The notes under the pieces were generated by a model, which did not search any database, was not told the DNA's origin, and was given only the letters and a program-made list of their open reading frames with translations. A program made the translations under genes and the position numbers. Shown piece after piece: positions 53,848 to 63,074 of a stretch of 64,000 nt of DNA (position 1 is its first letter; each line of letters starts with the position of its first letter). The stretch covers positions 7,403-71,402 of the forward strand of contig CAYQQD010000001.1 of assembly GCA_964419575.1 (NCBI GenBank), read 5' to 3'. Source of the DNA: an uncultured Dehalococcoidales bacterium (lineage in GTDB: Bacteria; Chloroflexota; Dehalococcoidia; Dehalococcoidales; E44-bin46).

Positions 53848-54426
53848 ATGAATAAGATCCTGATGGGACCTCAAACGTTAATTTATCCCATGCCGGTACT
53901 CTTAGTTGGGGCGAATGTCGATGATAAACCGAATTTTATGACCCTTGCCTGGAGTGGTATTGCCAATGGTGAGCCGCCAATGATTTCTGTGGCCTTACGA
54001 CATGGTCGGTACACCCTCAGAGGCATCAGGAAAAACCTGACCTTTTCCGTTAATTTACCTTCCACTGATATGGTAAGGGAGACGGACTACTGCGGCCTTA
54101 CCCATGGCTCTGAAGTTAATAAAGTAGAAGTCTGTCGGTTTAAGGTTTTCTACGGTAAATTAGGCAGTGCCCCGCTCATTGAGCAATGCCCAATCAATCT
54201 AGAGTGCAAGGTGGTGAATATCTTGGATTTGGGGAGTCATTCCCTTGTCGTTGGCAGAATCGAGGAGACCTATGTCTCAGAGGACTGTCTCACCAACGGG
54301 AAACCGGACGTTAACAAAATTAAGCCCCTTAGCTACATTAGAGCCCCGGCCCAGCGATATCAAGCCCTCGGCCAGGTTATAGCTAAAGCATTCAGTATTG
54401 GTAAGGAGGTTAAAGCAACAAAATAG
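53848..54426 (+). CDS. flavin reductase-like (FMN-binding split-barrel) protein
   Basis: 'YPMPVLLVGANVDDKPNFMTLAWSG' flavin-reductase-domain pattern. GGGAGGG RBS before the ATG at 53848. Confidence 0.75.
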   Translation: MNKILMGPQTLIYPMPVLLVGANVDDKPNFMTLAWSGIANGEPPMISVALRHGRYTLRGIRKNLTFSVNLPSTDMVRETDYCGLTHGSEVNKVEVCRFKVFYGKLGSAPLIEQCPINLECKVVNILDLGSHSLVVGRIEETYVSEDCLTNGKPDVNKIKPLSYIRAPAQRYQALGQVIAKAFSIGKEVKATK

Positions 54427-54476
54427 GCTTTAAGAATAGGAAGAGAATAAAAAGAAGCCAATGACGTGTGGACAAA

Positions 54477-55235
54477 TCATTGAGCTGTCCATCCACCATC
54501 TATGGGCAGTATGACGCCGGTAATCATGGCAGCAGCATCACTAGCCAGGAAGCAAACAGCCTGGGCTACCTCATCGACTGTTACCATGCGGTGCTGAAGA
54601 GGGATTTTATCTAGAACGTAGGTTTTGAATTCTGGGTCGCCTAAATAGCCCTTGGTCATTTCGGTTAGCACAAACGTTGGGGCCACGGCGTTAACCCGAA
54701 TATTATATGGTGCCCACTCTATGGCTTCCTGTCGGGTTAGTTGGGTTACCCCGCCCTTGCTGGCACAGTAATGAGCCCGCTTTGGCCCACCGACGAGACC
54801 CATTATTGAGCCGATATTCACAATAGCCCCCGTCTTACGTGGTATCATCGACTGGATGGCTACTGCCTGATTGCAAAAGAATAGCCCTTTGGTATTGACA
54901 TCGACAACGGTATCCCAGTCAGCTTCGGTGATATCCTGAGCCAATTTAGGAATATTGGTGCCAGCATTACAGACGAGAACATCTATCTCCCCTAGCTCCT
55001 GCCTTATGTGGTTGATAACAGGGGCGATAGCCGGTATATCAGTTACATCTAGCTGGTAACCTCTGGCCTTACCTTTCTCCTGTACCTTCTTGGTGGCTTC
55101 CACCAGACGGTCTAGTCGGCGAGCTACTACAGCTACGCTAGCCCCACTGGCTGCCAATAATTCGGCACAGGCTAGGCCAATACCACTGCTTCCTCCAGTT
55201 ACGACGGCTACTTTATTATCAAAACTGATATTCAA
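54477..55235 (-). CDS. short-chain dehydrogenase/reductase (SDR)
   Basis: 252 aa. 'VTGGSSGIGLA', 'NAG', 'YCASKGG'. Confidence 0.9.
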   Translation of the reverse strand: MNISFDNKVAVVTGGSSGIGLACAELLAASGASVAVVARRLDRLVEATKKVQEKGKARGYQLDVTDIPAIAPVINHIRQELGEIDVLVCNAGTNIPKLAQDITEADWDTVVDVNTKGLFFCNQAVAIQSMIPRKTGAIVNIGSIMGLVGGPKRAHYCASKGGVTQLTRQEAIEWAPYNIRVNAVAPTFVLTEMTKGYLGDPEFKTYVLDKIPLQHRMVTVDEVAQAVCFLASDAAAMITGVILPIDGGWTAQ

Positions 55236-55323
55236 GGAAATGTCCTCTTATTAAATTATACTAGCTAGCTCTCATTTTGAGAAGATTCTAGGTATTACCT
55301 TATTTTTGGCTGATGTTTATGAC

Positions 55324-56379
55324 CTAACCGTCGGGTTTGACTATTATCTTAATCTCGTCATGACCCGGCGAGGTGAGTACATCAAACCCCTTTTTGACAA
55401 TCTCGCTCAACTTAATCTTAGAGGTTATTATCTCGTTAACCGGCAAAAGGCGCCGTTTTAAGAATTCCATGACCATGGGAAATTCATCGTGGTAATAGCA
55501 GAAGCTACCCTGTAAACTGTATTCATAGAGAGTAAAAGGTAAAGGAACGAACGGGATTTCATGAGCATGGAGCCCAACAAGGATAACTTGCCCTCTGGGT
55601 CGGAGAAAGCTAGGCGCACTTTGAAACGCCTCGGGTTTTCCTGAACATTCAAATACCACATCAACCCCGACACCATCTGTCAACTCAAACACCTTTTCTT
55701 TCAAATCTGGAACTTCTGCGGGACAAAACACGTGGTCTGCTCCGAATTTCATTGCTACTTCACCCCGCTTCTTATTCTTCCCCCTGGTAGCAATAATTAA
55801 TCCAGCACCGGCATTTCTCAGGTGGGCAATAACTCCAAGACCTATCATCCCACAGCCCAAAACTATTGCTCTCTCCCTGGGCTTAAAATTCGACATCCTG
55901 ACGGCATGAAGCGAGCAAGCCAAGGGTTCAACCAGCGTTCCCTCTTCGAAGGATACCTCATCGGGAAGGGCATATAACCTGTACTCCGGATGGGGGACTC
56001 TTACATACTTGGCGAAGCCGCCGGCATCCCCTAAGCCAGGAACACAACCTATCTCGTGGTCCAATGCCTGCCGGCAACACGAGGTAAACCCGCGCTCACA
56101 AGCATAGCACTCACCACACTCATATAACTCGTTGCACACCACTCTGTCCCCTATCTTCCAACCCTTCACATTCTTCCCCACCTTAGCCACAACCCCGGAA
56201 AATTCATGCCCTAAATAGGTCCCCGGTTGGATAAAGTCACGAGTTCTATATGAACCTAGGTCACTGCCACAAATTCCACAGTATTTAACTTCTACCAGCA
56301 CCTCATCGTCAGCAATTTCGGGGACTGGCACTTCCTCAAGGACAATATCTCCCGGTCCTCTTAATAGTGCTGCTTTCAC
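55324..56379 (-). CDS. Zn-dependent alcohol/polyol dehydrogenase (MDR)
   Basis: 351 aa. 'CGICGSDL', 'GHEFSGVV', 'CGECYACERG'. Confidence 0.85.
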   Translation of the reverse strand: MKAALLRGPGDIVLEEVPVPEIADDEVLVEVKYCGICGSDLGSYRTRDFIQPGTYLGHEFSGVVAKVGKNVKGWKIGDRVVCNELYECGECYACERGFTSCCRQALDHEIGCVPGLGDAGGFAKYVRVPHPEYRLYALPDEVSFEEGTLVEPLACSLHAVRMSNFKPRERAIVLGCGMIGLGVIAHLRNAGAGLIIATRGKNKKRGEVAMKFGADHVFCPAEVPDLKEKVFELTDGVGVDVVFECSGKPEAFQSAPSFLRPRGQVILVGLHAHEIPFVPLPFTLYEYSLQGSFCYYHDEFPMVMEFLKRRLLPVNEIITSKIKLSEIVKKGFDVLTSPGHDEIKIIVKPDG

Positions 56380-56456
56380 TTTTTCACCTCCTGAAGAAGT
56401 AGTAAATCTTTGCCAGGGCTTGAATCTACGTATCAGAGTTTACATAATAACCGTCT

Positions 56457-57422
56457 TCAAAATACCCCGGTCATTTCCTTCAGTCCAAACGATTTTACTA
56501 TATCTCTAAGCTTCTCCATTTGTTCTTCACTGGGTGGTCTAACCTCTCCCAGCTCATATTGCATGCCTAGCTGTTTATATTTGGATGAGCCAAGCGCATG
56601 ATAAGGCAGCAGCTCTATCATGGTGCCGCCTGATTCAAACACAAACCTGGCTATGGCTTCTATGTCCTGCTCAGAATCATTGCAGCCTGGCACTATTGGG
56701 ATGCGAACAATGATCTCACCGTCACCGTCCACCTCGCCAGAAAGGACCCGCCTAGCATTACTCAGAATCAACTCATTTGACACCCCGGTCAGCTCCTTGT
56801 GCCTCTGCGGGTCCATATGCTTGATGTCATAATATAGCAGGTCAACATATTCCGAGATTTGCTTCAGGTGCTGCCACCGACCATGCCCGCATGTCTCCAA
56901 GGCAGTATGAAAGAACCGCTCTTTGCACCTCTTGAGAAGGACCAGCACAAACTCAAATTGCATCAACGGCTCACCACCACCTACAGTAACTCCGCCCCCC
57001 GACCTATTGTAAAAGAGCCAGTCTTTCTCAACCTCAGCCAACACCTCGTCCACTGTCATCTTCCTCCCGGCGATAGTTCGAGCCCCAAAGAGGCAAGCCT
57101 CGGTGCACCTCCCACAAGCCTGGCAGAGCTCCCAATTGGTAACGGCTTTGCCTTCCGGGGATAGACTAATTGCTCCTTGGGGGCAAGCGTCAACACATGG
57201 CGCCTTACACTTATCGTCACCAACGCATTTGATATTTAGGAAGCGGAGCTTGGGTTGGTGCTTCTGTCCCTCCGGATTACAGCACCATTTGCATGCCAGC
57301 GGGCACCCCTGCATAAAGACCAGGGTCCTGATACCGGGTCCATCGTGAAGGGAAAATCGCTGGATGTCAAATACCCACCCCGTTATCTGCTTAGGCTCAC
57401 TTAGAACCTCTCTGCTTGGCAC
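56457..57422 (-). CDS. glycyl-radical-enzyme activating protein with two extra ferredoxin-type clusters
   Basis: 321 aa. 'GPGIRTLVFMQGCPLACKWCCNPE', 'CKAPCVDACP', 'CQACGRCTEAC'. Confidence 0.9.
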   Translation of the reverse strand: MPSREVLSEPKQITGWVFDIQRFSLHDGPGIRTLVFMQGCPLACKWCCNPEGQKHQPKLRFLNIKCVGDDKCKAPCVDACPQGAISLSPEGKAVTNWELCQACGRCTEACLFGARTIAGRKMTVDEVLAEVEKDWLFYNRSGGGVTVGGGEPLMQFEFVLVLLKRCKERFFHTALETCGHGRWQHLKQISEYVDLLYYDIKHMDPQRHKELTGVSNELILSNARRVLSGEVDGDGEIIVRIPIVPGCNDSEQDIEAIARFVFESGGTMIELLPYHALGSSKYKQLGMQYELGEVRPPSEEQMEKLRDIVKSFGLKEMTGVF

Positions 57423-57508
57423 TTGCTAAGTGTCCCCCCTTAGGAATAGTCTTAAGACAAGAAACCCCAGTCCATATAGCACTGGGGATCAGAGTAAGCT
57501 CAACCCGC

Positions 57509-59977
57509 TCACATACTGTGCTCTGTCCTCATTATGATATCCTCTTGCATGGCGGGGTCCAGTGAGACAAACAGAGCACTATATCCGGCTACCCTTACCA
57601 TTAGGTCGGTATACTTTTCCGGATGCTTTTGTGCCTCCCTCAAGGTCTCGGCAGATACCACATTGAACTGGATGTGCATCCCCTTAAGGTCAAAGTAGGT
57701 TTTGATAAGCGCCGCCAGCTTTCTTAGCCCGGATATATCTTTGAGGACAATGGGGTTAAACTTCTGGTTAAGTAACGAGCCATTATCAGCCAAAACATGG
57801 TCTAGCTTGGCTACCGACTTTACCGCTGCCGTCGGACCCTTAACATCGGTCCCCCGTGTCGGTGAACAACCCTCAGCCACCGGAATATCAGCTTTTCTGC
57901 CGTCTGGAGTAGCACCAATTAGTTCTCCAAAAGGGACATTCTGTGACACTGGGAGTAAGGCAAAACCGCCTCTTCCCCCCGTCCAGCTGGTGTAGCGGCG
58001 CACATCCCTCATGGCGTGACCGGTTGCCTCTTTCACCAGGAGGTCAACATAATCGTCATCATTTCCGTATTTTGGTGCTGCCAAAAGCATTTGCTGTATC
58101 TCCGGCCCGGTTGGTGTGGTAGAGGTATCCTCAAAGTTTGTCTCCAGGGCGTGCATAATCTGGGCACCGGTAAGCTTCCTGTCTTCAAACACCAGCTTCT
58201 TGATGGCGGCCAGGGAGTTCCCCACGTTAGACATGCCCACGCCCCGTAGAAATAGGGTATTATAATGGGCTCCACCCCATTCAATGTCCTTGCCCCTCTG
58301 GATGCAGTCATCCATCAACGCTGAGGCAAATGGTGTTGGCGTCAGCTCGGCGTAGGCTCTCTCTATGCACAGCAGGGCAATTGCTCCCTGCCTATCATAA
58401 TATTCCAGTTGGTGTTTCACCGCCGCCATCACCTCATCAAATGACTGGAATGTAGACAGGTCTTTATTTTCTGGGTTGGGACATAGTCGAATTCCAGTCC
58501 GTGGGTCTCTACCGTTAAATAGGGCTACCTCCAGAACCTTGTGCATATTGTAGCCTGCAGAAGGCCCTTCCCTTCGGGCTTTCCCCGGCTCGGTTGGTGA
58601 AACACAACCGTCAATGGCATAGTCATAAGCATCTTCCAGGCTTATGCCCACTCCCATCTGGGACGGAATTATGACCTCATCGCTATACATTGCTGGTTGT
58701 CCACCGCGGTGGATATTGATGACCTCACAGCATTTGAGCAGAAAATCATCAGGGCACTCATTCCACCACCGCACTGATACCGAAGGTTGTATAACTTTTT
58801 GGTTGGCGGTTGCTTCTAACACTAACCAGGAGAGGTCGTTGATGGCGGACTTGCCATCTATGGTCTGCCCGCCAACGGTTAGTTGCTGGAACATAGGGTA
58901 GCCCATAACCACTCGGGTCGCCGCCCAATCCCTTACTTTATTTATCTCGGTGGTCTTAATCCACAGGCACTCCAGCAGCTCCACCACCTCTTCTGGGGTG
59001 ATTCTCCCCTCATCAATGTCTTTCTGGTAAAAGGGATACATGAACTGGTCAAACCTGCCGTAGCCCATAGAATGTCCGTTAGATTCAATCTGGACAATCA
59101 GATGGGCAAACCATAGGGATTGCATTGCTTCATAGAAGGTTCGCGCTGGGTTACCCGGCACCCACTCACAGTGCTCGGCAATCTTTATTAATTCGGCTTT
59201 GCGCTTTGGGTCTGGCTCCTTACCAGCCATCCCCTTAGCCAGTACCGCATACCTTTTAGCAAAGCCGATGGCTGCCCTCAGCGCAATAATTACCGCTTCT
59301 AGGAATTCTTTCTGTTCCAGAGCCCCAGGCTCCCACAGCTTTAAGTCCTTAATCCTCTCCTCGGCTTCCTTGATTATTCCATACACGCCTTTATTGAGGA
59401 CCTTGGGGTAATCGGCAATAAAGTGCCCCGAGCCACCCCCCTCCCCCCACACGAAAATCTCAATTGCCTGAACGTCATAGCAAGCCTTATATGTCTCCTC
59501 GGGAAGTAGTTTTCGCTTATACTCAGCCATCGTCTTCCCCTCCCACCAATCTGCCAGTTCCCTCAGAATCCTCTCGTCCTCTTGGCTTACCCAGAATGGG
59601 TCTCCCGGTCGTTCCTCAAATCTATAGGGCTTCCTGTCCAGTTCCTCTGTAATAAACCGCATATAGAATTCAGGGAACACCGGGGCAGCTCGCACGTCAC
59701 TGGCTTGGTTACCAACAATAAGCTCGCCGGGACGGATGAATATGCTCATTCCGCCCAGTACCTTTTCCAGAGCCTTTGCCCGTCGTATCACTGTTGGCTG
59801 TCCCTCGGTCTCTTTCCACGATTCGGTATATAGCCTAGCCCGTTCGGAGCAGAGTTTGGGAATAACGGCAAGCATGGTGTCCCTTAACTGCCTGGTCCTC
59901 TCAGTAATCGGCTGTTTACGCTTGGGGTCGGTGACAAGCTCGGTTTTTATTCGCTCTAAATAGGACTTAGCCATCAC
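57509..59977 (-). CDS. glycyl radical enzyme (PFL2 / dehydratase-like clade) with an atypical Cys loop
   Basis: 822 aa. Glycyl motif 'RVAGYSALF' (Gly798). Thiyl loop 'DGCVSPTEPG' (Cys458 at 58604-58606). Confidence 0.9.
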   Translation of the reverse strand: MMAKSYLERIKTELVTDPKRKQPITERTRQLRDTMLAVIPKLCSERARLYTESWKETEGQPTVIRRAKALEKVLGGMSIFIRPGELIVGNQASDVRAAPVFPEFYMRFITEELDRKPYRFEERPGDPFWVSQEDERILRELADWWEGKTMAEYKRKLLPEETYKACYDVQAIEIFVWGEGGGSGHFIADYPKVLNKGVYGIIKEAEERIKDLKLWEPGALEQKEFLEAVIIALRAAIGFAKRYAVLAKGMAGKEPDPKRKAELIKIAEHCEWVPGNPARTFYEAMQSLWFAHLIVQIESNGHSMGYGRFDQFMYPFYQKDIDEGRITPEEVVELLECLWIKTTEINKVRDWAATRVVMGYPMFQQLTVGGQTIDGKSAINDLSWLVLEATANQKVIQPSVSVRWWNECPDDFLLKCCEVINIHRGGQPAMYSDEVIIPSQMGVGISLEDAYDYAIDGCVSPTEPGKARREGPSAGYNMHKVLEVALFNGRDPRTGIRLCPNPENKDLSTFQSFDEVMAAVKHQLEYYDRQGAIALLCIERAYAELTPTPFASALMDDCIQRGKDIEWGGAHYNTLFLRGVGMSNVGNSLAAIKKLVFEDRKLTGAQIMHALETNFEDTSTTPTGPEIQQMLLAAPKYGNDDDYVDLLVKEATGHAMRDVRRYTSWTGGRGGFALLPVSQNVPFGELIGATPDGRKADIPVAEGCSPTRGTDVKGPTAAVKSVAKLDHVLADNGSLLNQKFNPIVLKDISGLRKLAALIKTYFDLKGMHIQFNVVSAETLREAQKHPEKYTDLMVRVAGYSALFVSLDPAMQEDIIMRTEHSM

Positions 59978-60011
59978 TTATCCTCCTTTGGATTATGCCC
60001 ATCCCGCTTAC

Positions 60012-60041
60012 ATTATAGTCAACTTTTATTAGACCCGTCCA
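60012..60041 (-). promoter_or_regulatory. candidate promoter of the GRE operon
   Basis: On the minus strand: TGGACG, 18 nt, TATAAT. It lies about 35-40 nt upstream of the GRE start and is followed by AAAGGAGG. Confidence 0.35.
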
Positions 60042-60161
60042 CATGAGTGCCAATCATCGGCAAGGGGATGCTGCTAACGACACAAAATGAAAAGGTCGTA
60101 AGGGTGTCAGTGTGTTATGGGTATGCGAGGTCATTGAGGGTAAGAATTTTCTAGGTCCGGT

Positions 60162-60980
60162 TCAAGGTGTAAGCAATGCGTTATCTTCGTCAAATTGTCT
60201 ACCACTGGCTTTTTCAAAGGCGGTTATTAAGTCATTGACAGTAAGCCCGTCTCGCTGTTCCTGATTCAGGTCAACTAAAATTTTACCCTCGTGCATCATA
60301 ATCAGCCTATTGCCGTAACGCAAAGCAAGCTCCATGTTATGGGTAACCATTACGGTGGTCATCTTTTCCCGCTGGACAATCATCTCAGTTAAATCAAGCA
60401 CTATTTGAGCCGTCCTGGGGTCTAAATTAGCGGTGTGCTCGTCAAGTAGCAGCAACGCCGGCTTACTTATAGTAGCCATAACCAAAGCTACCGCCTGCCT
60501 TTGTCCACTGGAAAGTGTGCCCACCTGGGCATTTAGCCTGTCTTCTAATCCCAGCCCTAGAGGAGCTAAAGCTGAATGGAATAACTCTTGGCGCTGCTTA
60601 TTGATAGCTACCCTTAGCCCCCTTGGTTGCCCCCGCAGCACAGCCATAGCTAGGTTCTCCTCTATAGTCATCTTGGCGGCGGTGCCTATATGGGGGTCTT
60701 GATATACCCGGCCAACATATGCCGCATGCTTATATTCGCTCAAGCCGGTAATATCAGTGCCATTAACGATAACCTTGCCGCCCCTCTCTGGAGGGAAGAC
60801 ACCGGCAATAATATTAAGTAACGTAGTTTTTCCTGCGCCATTGCTACCAATAATGGTAATATAGTCCTCAGCACTGACATCTAGATTGACATTAGCTAAG
60901 GCAGTAACTTCATCTATGGTGCCTCTGGAGAAAATCTTAGTTATTCCCCTGAGCTGTAGTAAACTCCTATTTTGGCTCAT
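60162..60980 (-). CDS. ABC transporter ATP-binding protein (COG1101-type)
   Basis: 272 aa. 'GSNGAGKTT', 'LSSGQRQAVAL', 'LLLDEHTANLD'. Confidence 0.9.
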   Translation of the reverse strand: MSQNRSLLQLRGITKIFSRGTIDEVTALANVNLDVSAEDYITIIGSNGAGKTTLLNIIAGVFPPERGGKVIVNGTDITGLSEYKHAAYVGRVYQDPHIGTAAKMTIEENLAMAVLRGQPRGLRVAINKQRQELFHSALAPLGLGLEDRLNAQVGTLSSGQRQAVALVMATISKPALLLLDEHTANLDPRTAQIVLDLTEMIVQREKMTTVMVTHNMELALRYGNRLIMMHEGKILVDLNQEQRDGLTVNDLITAFEKASGRQFDEDNALLTP

Positions 60981-60992
60981 AAAACATCCACT

Positions 60993-61907
60993 TTACCATC
61001 TTACTGCTGGTGGCATCCACTCATGCCGTAACTTCTTCCGTATAAATGGGACTGCCAGAGCTATAACCACCAGCACTGCGGTAATCAGTTTCAAATCACC
61101 TGGAGCCATGCCCAATCTAAGGGCAATGGTTATGAATAGCCGATAGCAAAAAGCACCGCCTATTGCCGTCAGCAGAAGCCTAGCCACACCCCGGGGGCGA
61201 AATAGTGCCTCACCAATTATTACCGAGGCTAACCCCATTACAATCATTCCTATCCCCATACCCACATCAGCAAATCTCTGCCCCTGGGCGACCACAGCAC
61301 CAGCGAGTCCAACCAGACCATTAGAAATAGCACAACCCATCAATATGTTTTTATCGGTATCCACCCCCAGACCACGCACCATCTGCTCATTATCACCGGT
61401 TGCCCTTAACGCCAGACCAATCTCAGTACGCAGGAACCAGTTTAGAATGAAGAAAACAACAACGGCAATGGCTATAGCCACAATGATTGAAACTTTAATA
61501 TCGCCGGGGCTGAATCTCAAAACTTCGGCGACTTTATGAAAGGTGGTCACTTGGCGAAGGAGTGAAACATTAGCTCCACCCATAATCCTCAGATTTATGG
61601 AATATAGCCCCACCATCATAAGGATGCCAGCCAGTAGGGCTGGTAGCCTGAGCTTGGTATTGAGAAAGCCGGTGGTCAAACCAGCGCATAGCCCGGCGCC
61701 AATAGCCGCCACCGTTGCCGGGACAGGGTGCACACCATGGACAATAAGCACCGCTGTAGTTGCCCCACCAAGGGTGTAACTCCCATCCACAGTAAGGTCG
61801 GGGAAAGCAAGTACCCGTAGCGTAAGGTATACGCCAATGGCAACCAAGCCAAATACCAGCCCCTCATAGAAGGAAAAAGATAACACACTACTGGCTATAT
61901 CCAGCAT
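60993..61907 (-). CDS. ABC transporter permease (COG4120-type)
   Basis: 304 aa, highly hydrophobic. It lies between the SBP and ATPase genes. Confidence 0.85.
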   Translation of the reverse strand: MLDIASSVLSFSFYEGLVFGLVAIGVYLTLRVLAFPDLTVDGSYTLGGATTAVLIVHGVHPVPATVAAIGAGLCAGLTTGFLNTKLRLPALLAGILMMVGLYSINLRIMGGANVSLLRQVTTFHKVAEVLRFSPGDIKVSIIVAIAIAVVVFFILNWFLRTEIGLALRATGDNEQMVRGLGVDTDKNILMGCAISNGLVGLAGAVVAQGQRFADVGMGIGMIVMGLASVIIGEALFRPRGVARLLLTAIGGAFCYRLFITIALRLGMAPGDLKLITAVLVVIALAVPFIRKKLRHEWMPPAVRW

Positions 61908-61985
61908 CCTTTTTCTCCTATTTAAGACCTGGATAAGTACTTCTTTATCTATTCAATTGATAGCGGTTATTGCTCCCGCAGGTGT

Positions 61986-62984
61986 CTAGTCTTCTAGTAC
62001 TATGTCGGCAGCGTCTATTACTGCTTGAGGAATGGTTACCCCCATTCTTGCTGCTGCCGCCGGGTAGACTACGGTTGACACTGCGCTCTTCATCGGGGGA
62101 ATATTGGCTATATTTTCACCTTTCAGTATCCTGGCCGCGATATATCCCGCCTGCTGACCAATCCAGTAGTAATCGCAGCTACAACCGCCAACCAGACCGG
62201 TTTCAACCATGCCCACTGCGGAACCAAAGACTGGCAGCTGGTTCTCCTCACCAACCTGGATTATGGATTCAATTCCCACACCGCCTACGGTATTGCAGGT
62301 AGGAATCCATATTGCGTCACACCTGCCTACCAGTGACATCCCGGCAGCATAAACATCGGCAGTTGATGCCGCTGTTGCCTCAACAACGCTAAGCCCATAG
62401 TCCGGGGCAACCTCTTTGAGTATCTGTGCCTGCACCTGCGCGTTCACCTCGCCAGGGTTATAGGCAGTGCCCAGTACCTTGACGTCAGGCAGGACTGACA
62501 GAAGAAATTCCACCTGAGGCTCCATATCAAACCAGTCGCTGACCCCGGTTACCGTGGGTGCCGCTTGTTCCCAACTAGGCACTAGACCAGCCGTTACCGG
62601 GTCAGTAATCGAGCTGAAGACTATCGGTATATCTGTACCCTCAGCAGCAGCCACTGCCGTTTGTGCCATTGGGGTAGTTATGGTGTGGATTAGGTCTGGC
62701 TTAAGGGAGACAAAGTAGTCAGCGATTGAAACCGCTACCGTCATATCACCCTCAGCATTTCTTATGATAAACTCAACATTTTCTCCCTCAATAAAGCCCT
62801 TCTCAGCCATAGCATCAATGATACCCTGGCGATTGGCGTCTAGGTCAGGGTGGGTAGCTATCTGACTTATGCAAACCTTATACATCTTTTTCCCACCAGG
62901 AACACAACCGGTCATGAACGGCAGCGTGGTTAATACTAAAGCTAAGCACAGGCTGCCTAACAATACTAATAAGCCTTTCTTCAT
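61986..62984 (-). CDS. ABC transporter substrate-binding lipoprotein (ABC_sub_bind / COG2984-type)
   Basis: 332 aa. Lipobox 'FMTGC', and 'YKVCISQIATHPDLDANRQGIIDAMAEKGFIEGENV'. Confidence 0.8.
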   Translation of the reverse strand: MKKGLLVLLGSLCLALVLTTLPFMTGCVPGGKKMYKVCISQIATHPDLDANRQGIIDAMAEKGFIEGENVEFIIRNAEGDMTVAVSIADYFVSLKPDLIHTITTPMAQTAVAAAEGTDIPIVFSSITDPVTAGLVPSWEQAAPTVTGVSDWFDMEPQVEFLLSVLPDVKVLGTAYNPGEVNAQVQAQILKEVAPDYGLSVVEATAASTADVYAAGMSLVGRCDAIWIPTCNTVGGVGIESIIQVGEENQLPVFGSAVGMVETGLVGGCSCDYYWIGQQAGYIAARILKGENIANIPPMKSAVSTVVYPAAAARMGVTIPQAVIDAADIVLED

Positions 62985-63074
62985 TTAAAACCTCCTTAAG
63001 AATTTTGTTTTGCCAAGATTTCAGGTGAAACCTGCCATCTGCTACCCCCTTCACCGTTAGATTTTAGCGCCTAC

